DNA of 64,000 nt from Bacteroidales bacterium OttesenSCG-928-B11. GTDB lineage: Bacteria > Bacteroidota > Bacteroidia > Bacteroidales > WCHB1-69. Within the stretch, counting starts at the first letter, position 1; every line of letters starts with the position of its first letter. The position numbers and the translations under genes are program-made. This document shows positions 28,096 through 34,001 of this stretch, piece after piece. The stretch spans positions 6,249-70,248 of the forward strand of contig JAJDJJ010000001.1 in the NCBI GenBank assembly GCA_030267125.1, in the 5' to 3' direction. The notes beneath the pieces are model-generated. The model saw only the letters and a program-made list of their open reading frames with translations, searched no databases and was not told the DNA's origin.

Positions 28096-29829
28096 TTAGG
28101 CTCTTTTTCTTCGCATCCAAGCCTTGAGATCGGTTAATGATATTTTCTCATTCTCATCCATTGAGAAAATACCTTTGCTATTTTTGCGGGCAATTCGGAT
28201 CTCTTCATCAGAGCAGTAGATGATCAGAAAACCAAAGCAATGGGTGGTTTTCAAGTATCTTTCACGGATGGTTTCAAAAGAGGAGTTGGTGTCGAAGATC
28301 AGACAACCCACCGCTCCATTTCCGCTTTCGGTATAACAACTGTCAATTTTAACTACTTGTCTGTGAGGAATACTCTCGGAGAAAAAGTAGCCGGAAACGC
28401 CTTCCGAAGAGGAGTAGAGAATGTCATCCATTTCGTTGATCGCTTTTCCACTGAATGAGATTTTAAAGTTATCAGCCGGTTGACCTTCGGGAGTATAATA
28501 CGAGTGTTCTTCTGTTTTATCGGTCTTCGATGTGGAAATTGTTCCGCTGCCATCGCGGCTCCATTTGTAAAGTTCATCTAACGAGTGGAATAGTTTTATG
28601 TCATCCTTGTTGTTCATCTCGCCATTGAGTTTGGGTGTGAAAAAAACCATATCCCAATGGGGTGTGTTTGTGTCGATTACAATAGCAACCATGCGATTTT
28701 TATCTTCAGGATACGCCAACTGCTGTTGTACTTTCAGATCATAATTTGAAAGGAAAATGCCAAGTCCCGGATGGGAGTGCATCCAGCAATTGTGTACATA
28801 TTCGCGATGTGTTTTTTGTGAAAGATCGTTGATTGTATTGGCTAATTTCACTCCGATTTTTTTACCGAAATTGAGGTTGTACTCCCCATAGATCGCATCA
28901 TCACCCGGCTCTATAATATATTCTAAACTAATATTATAAGATGTTTTTTCAGGGTTAGCGTATTCCCAACAACCAATAAGATAGCATCCGGTTTCGTTTG
29001 TCCGTTCGGGAATTTCGAGGAAGTGCTTGAAAAAATCATAGATACCTTTGATTGCTGAACGGCTAATCAGAATAGTCTGAATGGCAGTGTCTTCAAAAAC
29101 CTGATTCATGTGGATGACATAGTAGTTGTCGATATCTTTGCGAACATGTTTCAGGCCTACGTCAAAGTTCTCTTTCTCTTCCATTACTACAGTCAACGAG
29201 TTGGTTTCGTTATTTTCCTCTTTTTTCACCTTTTTCTTCTTCCGGTTCAGGATTAAAATAATGATAACCAAGATGATGATAACAGCTATAGCGTAGGGCA
29301 TCCATCCTGAAAGGAGAGAATGTATTGTTGAGTTTTCCGAGTTTTCCGAGTTTTCCATGTTGGAAGAGAGAGGGGATTCGCTCTCTTCATTCTCAAAAAC
29401 GATAACGACACTATCCTTAATATTATATTTTTCATCTAAAAGATCGGAAGTGGCATTTTCATCGAAATAATAAAAATAGATCACATTATGGGCAGGTAGC
29501 TCCGATTTTTCCATGAAAGATTCTAATGTGGTGTAATTCCCTTCCATGATGTCGCGCTGATTCGCGTCGCTGTTTAGCAATCCGGATTTGCCATCGATAT
29601 AGCGCGCGCGGGTAAAAAAGCTTAACGGAAGATTGTGGTCCCCTCTTCTGAAACGAATCGATAGTGTTGTGTTATTTTTAATCGTTAATGTTTCATTTTC
29701 AAAATTATATGTCGCTTTAACCTCTTCTTGCGCATGAATCAACGAGGAGTTTGAAATAAAAATCAAGAATAGGAGAAACGTCCGCATCGTTCGGGATGCA
29801 AAGCTAAAGGGTTGGGGTCGGTTCTTCAT
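28096..29829 (-). CDS. Bitopic membrane protein with cytoplasmic JAMM/MPN+ (JAB) metalloisopeptidase domain
   Basis: The signal peptide/N-terminal domain is followed by a TM helix (WMPYAIAVIIILVIIILIL) and then NRKKKKVKKEE (positive-inside). The full JAMM motif is present: E279 (ETGCYLIG) and H351-S-H353-PGLGIFL-S361-NY-D364, i.e. HxHx7Sx2D, at nt 28738-28779. The start may instead be Met15 (29787). Confidence 0.8.
   Translation of the reverse strand: MKNRPQPFSFASRTMRTFLLFLIFISNSSLIHAQEEVKATYNFENETLTIKNNTTLSIRFRRGDHNLPLSFFTRARYIDGKSGLLNSDANQRDIMEGNYTTLESFMEKSELPAHNVIYFYYFDENATSDLLDEKYNIKDSVVIVFENEESESPLSSNMENSENSENSTIHSLLSGWMPYAIAVIIILVIIILILNRKKKKVKKEENNETNSLTVVMEEKENFDVGLKHVRKDIDNYYVIHMNQVFEDTAIQTILISRSAIKGIYDFFKHFLEIPERTNETGCYLIGCWEYANPEKTSYNISLEYIIEPGDDAIYGEYNLNFGKKIGVKLANTINDLSQKTHREYVHNCWMHSHPGLGIFLSNYDLKVQQQLAYPEDKNRMVAIVIDTNTPHWDMVFFTPKLNGEMNNKDDIKLFHSLDELYKWSRDGSGTISTSKTDKTEEHSYYTPEGQPADNFKISFSGKAINEMDDILYSSSEGVSGYFFSESIPHRQVVKIDSCYTESGNGAVGCLIFDTNSSFETIRERYLKTTHCFGFLIIYCSDEEIRIARKNSKGIFSMDENEKISLTDLKAWMRRKRA
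29330..29356 (-). repeat. Three perfect 9-bp tandem repeats (gagttttcc) encoding (ENS)3
   Basis: Read directly from the sequence. They lie in the predicted periplasmic part of the JAMM protein (MENSENSENS). Confidence 0.9.
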
Positions 29830-30550
29830 CTTTTTTCTTGGGTTTGATTTTCAATTTTGCACGAACGATATTATAGATCATGAAAAAGGCAGCCAGCGTA
29901 ATGGTAACTTTGAATACAATATCCATTACATTGATTCGCTTAGACTTCAGTGTGATGATCTGTTCGTAAGTGGTTTTTATCTCTTCATGCTTTTTGTTAA
30001 GGAGTTCATCGCCATCAAAAAGAGCTTTGTTTGCAAGGTATTCATTTGAGATATCGTTGTACGTTGTATTCGCTTTGGTTTGTGCCATTTCTAAAGAATC
30101 GTGATCTTTATTTGCCACGTAATTTGTCGCGGATTCATACAATTGTTTAAAATGGGCATCGTATTTGTCGAAATTAACTAACAATTTCTCTTTATTTTTC
30201 TGCACGCCTTCCTCTGCTTCCAATTCAGCGATCTTTTTTTTGATTTCGGTATTCAAGATTTCATAATCGGAATAGATGTCGAACAGCTGTTTGCGATTAT
30301 CCACGATCATTTTTTTATTCTCATTGAAGTAGTCTTCCATATAAAAATTACTGGTAGCCAGATCTTTTTCAATGAGAGCGATATCGTCGAACTCTTCTAA
30401 TTTCGCACTGATTTGTTGAAGTTCGCTATATAATTCCGTCATATATTTTTTTGCCATTTTAATGGAATCTATTTGCGAAAAAGCGGATGAGTTCCCGCAA
30501 ACTAAGAGGGTTAAAAGGGCAGAAAAAGCGATTAGTTTTTTTCTGATCAT
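29804..30550 (-). CDS. Periplasmic coiled-coil protein with C-terminal membrane anchor
   Basis: Has a signal peptide (ALLTLLVCGNSSAFSQ) and a long helical/heptad region. The C-terminal TM helix (VFKVTITLAAFFMIYNIV) is followed by RAKLKIKPKKKDEE. It overlaps the JAMM gene start by 26 nt. Confidence 0.55.
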   Translation of the reverse strand: MIRKKLIAFSALLTLLVCGNSSAFSQIDSIKMAKKYMTELYSELQQISAKLEEFDDIALIEKDLATSNFYMEDYFNENKKMIVDNRKQLFDIYSDYEILNTEIKKKIAELEAEEGVQKNKEKLLVNFDKYDAHFKQLYESATNYVANKDHDSLEMAQTKANTTYNDISNEYLANKALFDGDELLNKKHEEIKTTYEQIITLKSKRINVMDIVFKVTITLAAFFMIYNIVRAKLKIKPKKKDEEPTPTL

Positions 30551-30557
30551 GGGAATG

Positions 30558-32048
30558 TTATTTAACGGTGGATTGGAATAATTTTTTTGCTCCTTCGTAC
30601 ATTGCGATCGCGTCTTTCACTTTTCCTGTTTTGCAAGACGCCGGCAAACTTGAAAGTTTCTTGTCCATCAACTTTGTTATTTTTCGGAAATCGGTTTTTA
30701 CACTTTCAGATTTTGAGTTTTTATACCGCGATACTAATTTGTTGATTTGAGTAGAAGCTTCTAAAATATCTTCGGCTTTCACATCGCAATTTGTTTTTGA
30801 GCCGGAATTAGATCCGGAAGATGCTGATGATGAGGTTTTGGGGTTTAACTGGTTGATTTCAATAAGTAGATAGCGATACACTTTTTCGCAAGCTGCAATC
30901 ATGTCGCAACGATTTCCTTTAGAACTTTGCTCGCGAACAGCAATGTATTTCTCCTCATTAAAATTGGAAACCGTTTTCAAAATAGCCGTGAAAACCGCTT
31001 GATTGTTATTGCCCTTCGCATCCAATAATTCAGCTTTTTTGCTCAGTAATATCGCAATATCTTTCTGTATTTCCCGCAAAGTAGCCATATTTTCCTGATG
31101 GGAACAGGGTTTATCCACTTCGCAGGATAAGCTCTCCACTTGTTTGAATAATTCACGGTAAACTTTCACCGAATCGGCTAAGGTCGGACAGCCGTGGAAA
31201 GTGTATTTGTTCTCCAGACTCAGCACTCTATGATCTTCAATAATATCATCGCGCAGGATGTTGAATTTATCGCAAGACCCACTGACACTGGAGCTTATTT
31301 CATCTTTTAACCCCTGCAATTTCACACCTAATTTGGTAGTCTCTTTCCCCACAACTTCCATTACTTTTGCTTGATCGGTGCAGGCATTTCTTTTAATCAT
31401 GAAATAAAATTCCATATCTTTTATCGCATACTGCAAAAGCATTTTCTTTTTCTGTGAAAAGTTGACATACTTGTAAATGACAGGGATGGGGTTGTTTAAA
31501 TAGATGATAGGATTAGATGCAACATCTTCAATGTCAAACTCTAATGTGTAAGAAGAGCGGCCTTTCAGGTAAACCAACTGATCGGCCATTTTATCCTCTG
31601 AAGAGGAGATCAGGGGAGCTGCAAAATCGAAACTTGTTTTGCTATGTTTTAACTGTTTGGTAGTAACCCCTTTTTTGATTATTCCTGTTCCTTTTTTATC
31701 TTTTTTCAGATCTTTCCCAACCAAGGCTTTTTGCTCATACTTTGCTTTTATCTCTTTGGAAATTGCTTTTACGGACAACTCTTCGTTGGGAAACCAAATC
31801 ACATTATACGGCAATTCACTGTTGCGCACGGGTTGATAGTGGATGGTCATGGTGAGTTTTTCCGTTTTTTGATCAAATCCAAACTCAAAAGTAACGGGAA
31901 TAGTTGGCGTTTTCTCTGAAACGCTCTCTAATTCTATTTTCGTTGTAAACGATTTATTATCTTCTAAATTAATATAATACGTTTTTTGTGCAACGATTTG
32001 GGTTAAAAGTGAAAAGATAAAAAAGCAAAAGAATATTATTCTTCTCAT
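30558..32048 (-). CDS. Secreted Cys-containing helical protein of unknown function
   Basis: Has a signal peptide (FCFFIFSLLTQIVAQ). The 496-aa protein has an N-terminal beta-rich part and a C-terminal helical part with about 10 spaced Cys residues. It sits between the E2 and the coiled-coil gene with gaps of 8-12 nt. Confidence 0.5.
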   Translation of the reverse strand: MRRIIFFCFFIFSLLTQIVAQKTYYINLEDNKSFTTKIELESVSEKTPTIPVTFEFGFDQKTEKLTMTIHYQPVRNSELPYNVIWFPNEELSVKAISKEIKAKYEQKALVGKDLKKDKKGTGIIKKGVTTKQLKHSKTSFDFAAPLISSSEDKMADQLVYLKGRSSYTLEFDIEDVASNPIIYLNNPIPVIYKYVNFSQKKKMLLQYAIKDMEFYFMIKRNACTDQAKVMEVVGKETTKLGVKLQGLKDEISSSVSGSCDKFNILRDDIIEDHRVLSLENKYTFHGCPTLADSVKVYRELFKQVESLSCEVDKPCSHQENMATLREIQKDIAILLSKKAELLDAKGNNNQAVFTAILKTVSNFNEEKYIAVREQSSKGNRCDMIAACEKVYRYLLIEINQLNPKTSSSASSGSNSGSKTNCDVKAEDILEASTQINKLVSRYKNSKSESVKTDFRKITKLMDKKLSSLPASCKTGKVKDAIAMYEGAKKLFQSTVK

Positions 32049-32059
32049 GAGATTAAATT

Positions 32060-32674
32060 TTAAAGATTACTATCGACAAATTCTTTAATCCAGCCATTGG
32101 GTTCAGCTTGTGTGAGCACCCATTCCGCCACTTTCGTGTCTTCGGGAAAGGGAGGGATGTTCTGTGCATGGTACTTATCATAGCGAAGGTAGGCTGTAAT
32201 GCGTTCAATATAGTGGGCTAAATCGACAAAAGTCCCGTATGCTTTTGTATTCAAGCATACTCGTCCTGCGAAGTCGCCAAAAAAGCGGATGTTCGGATGC
32301 CAAGGGTGTGGAATCTCTTTTCCGAAATTATCGGTTGTCCGAAACATAAATTCCAATTTGGAATCAACACTTGGATAGTTGTTTGGAATGTTAATGCGAA
32401 GGAAAAACTCGTTATGTTTCAGCGGTTTCTGAAGTCCATTTTCATCAGGGGCACTAACATTGCAGAAAGATTCGATATTGTAAATCACTTCGTAAACAAT
32501 GGGAAGACCCTCTGCATTTCTTTTGCGGATAATATAAGAGATCTCTGTGCTGTTTTTTAACTTTTCGTCAATGGCTTCCCACTCGCGAAATAATCGAGCA
32601 CTGCGCCCCGAAAACTTCTTTCCTCTGTATTCATCTATTTCTCGTGCCATATATCCTCCTTTCTTAGCCTGCAA
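32060..32674 (-). CDS. UBC-fold E2-like ubiquitin-conjugating enzyme
   Basis: Has the eukaryote-type landmarks in order: RLFREWEAIDEKL (N-terminal helix), FFLRINIPNNYPSVDSKLEF (YP...P.v.F block), HPN (residues 126-128) and GRVC(140)LN, the catalytic-Cys context (nt 32255-32299). The annotated start overlaps the Ubl gene's end by 11 nt. Met9 (32650) is an alternative start. Confidence 0.8.
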   Translation of the reverse strand: MQAKKGGYMAREIDEYRGKKFSGRSARLFREWEAIDEKLKNSTEISYIIRKRNAEGLPIVYEVIYNIESFCNVSAPDENGLQKPLKHNEFFLRINIPNNYPSVDSKLEFMFRTTDNFGKEIPHPWHPNIRFFGDFAGRVCLNTKAYGTFVDLAHYIERITAYLRYDKYHAQNIPPFPEDTKVAEWVLTQAEPNGWIKEFVDSNL

Positions 32675-32981
32675 CAGGATCCATGATTACGTCCAATGTC
32701 TCTCCTGTTTTGACGTTATAATCGCGTAGACACTGTTCCGTTTTTCCAATTTTGGGATGTAAAATGATGTCATTCCCGTTCTCATCTTTCTTGCCAAAGA
32801 AATATTCTACGATAACGCCGTCACTGTCCACATTAGGAAGATCAAAATGCGGATTGCCATCCTTATCTCTACTCATTTTCAAATTATCCATCAGTAGTCC
32901 CAGATTTTTATTCGGATCATCTAATTTGTACTTGACGGTTTTATTCTTATAGCGTATTCTAACATAAAACTCTTCTGCCAT
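32664..32981 (-). CDS. Small ubiquitin-like (beta-grasp candidate) protein with free C-terminal glycine
   Basis: The 105-aa protein ends ...TLDVIMDPVAG, immediately followed by TAA (Gly codon at 32667-32669). It is the first gene after a 235-bp intergenic gap and lies directly upstream of the E2. Its alternating beta-strand/helix pattern is compatible with a beta-grasp fold, but the fold has not been verified. Confidence 0.6.
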   Translation of the reverse strand: MAEEFYVRIRYKNKTVKYKLDDPNKNLGLLMDNLKMSRDKDGNPHFDLPNVDSDGVIVEYFFGKKDENGNDIILHPKIGKTEQCLRDYNVKTGETLDVIMDPVAG

Positions 32982-33215
32982 AGTTCTGATTTTTAATTGG
33001 TTACTATATAATTTATTCGATGGTATAATAATTACCGATTCTTATCTTGACTTTTATTCTATAAATCGCTTGTAAATGAGAAAATTAGATATTCATCATC
33101 ACGTTGCGAAAATACAATTTTTTTGGGAATCTCCCCATAGTTCAAGGAATTTTCTAAGAGATTTTATCCAAAAAACAATAGAATAGTGGGTGCTTGTTTC
33201 TCATGCTTATCTACT

Positions 33216-33989
33216 TTATCCTTTTTTGGGTGGAGCTTGTGGCGCTGGCGGCTTGGGTTTGGCGTTGACAATCTCTCTTTTTCCTTCCGGTTTGGGCAAT
33301 GGCTTTCGGACAGATTGCCGGTTTTGTGAAGAATTTTCAGGCTTAGAATAGGGCTTCTTCAGCTCCGCAACATTCATCATGGGTGAGCAGTGTGGCGGCT
33401 GAATAGCCAAATCTTCAACCTGCTCTTTCACAGGTATCTCGGGTTGTTTTTTTACCGCTATTTCCGGCGTGATTTCGGAGGTTGTTGCCAAGCTCTCTTC
33501 GGGGAGAGGAGCCACTTGGGAAACCACTGGCGGATCGGGGCTTATCTTTGGCACCGGCGGATTAGTATTTACTTTTGGCGCCGATGGATTTGTGTTTACT
33601 TTTGGTGTCGGCGGATTAGTGTTTATCTTTGGTGCCGGCGGATTAATGTTCACTTTTGGCGCCGGCGGTTGAGCGGATTTTGTCACCGGCGGCCGCGTGG
33701 GTGGCTGAGGCGATCGGGGCGGCATATTGCTCGTCGGGGGAGTCGGGGCGGAGGGTTTCGGAGATTGCGGCTTGGCAGGTGCAATCGGCTTCGTCTCTGT
33801 TGTAAGAGTTATTTCCGGCTCCGGTGAAATGGAGCTGTCAGAATCAGAGATGACAATTTCGGCCTCCGACTCCTTTTTAGGCGTGATTTTTTCTTTTATC
33901 CTTTTGCCCTCATCAACGACATATCCCACTTTGCTGCCCACATGTTTTGCCGTCCAGAATGCTCTAATAATGTCCTTAATATTTGCCAT
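33216..33989 (-). CDS. Proline-rich repeat protein (no signal peptide) downstream of the effector
   Basis: A 257-aa protein whose central part is five 9-aa repeats (xPK[VI]N[TI]NPP) within a longer P/A/K/T-rich tract. Its start is 13 nt after the effector stop. Confidence 0.55.
   Translation of the reverse strand: MANIKDIIRAFWTAKHVGSKVGYVVDEGKRIKEKITPKKESEAEIVISDSDSSISPEPEITLTTETKPIAPAKPQSPKPSAPTPPTSNMPPRSPQPPTRPPVTKSAQPPAPKVNINPPAPKINTNPPTPKVNTNPSAPKVNTNPPVPKISPDPPVVSQVAPLPEESLATTSEITPEIAVKKQPEIPVKEQVEDLAIQPPHCSPMMNVAELKKPYSKPENSSQNRQSVRKPLPKPEGKREIVNAKPKPPAPQAPPKKG
33546..33680 (-). repeat. Five 27-bp tandem repeats inside the proline-rich gene
   Basis: Units start at 33546, 33573, 33600, 33627 and 33654 (consensus ttttggygccggcggattartrtttay on the plus strand). 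Confidence 0.9.
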
Positions 33990-34001
33990 ATCTTATCCTT
34001 T

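Noticed and set aside
32982-33215. Search for a consensus Bacteroidota promoter (TAnnTTTG on the minus strand) upstream of the Ubl gene
   Set aside because: Only near-matches were found (TAATTTTC at about 33081-33088 and TATTTTCG nearby). That is not strong enough to annotate, and an internal promoter remains only a possibility.
33546-33680. Regularly spaced 27-bp repeats considered as a possible CRISPR array
   Set aside because: The repeats are contiguous with no spacers, in frame, and encode a 9-aa peptide repeat. No cas genes are in the window.
33390-33827. Plus-strand ORFs of 145 aa and 67 aa (rich in R/G/W/F) opposite the proline-rich gene
   Set aside because: These are antisense shadows of a CCN/GGN-rich repeat region. 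They have low-complexity composition with no start context, and the minus-strand frame fits the operon spacing.
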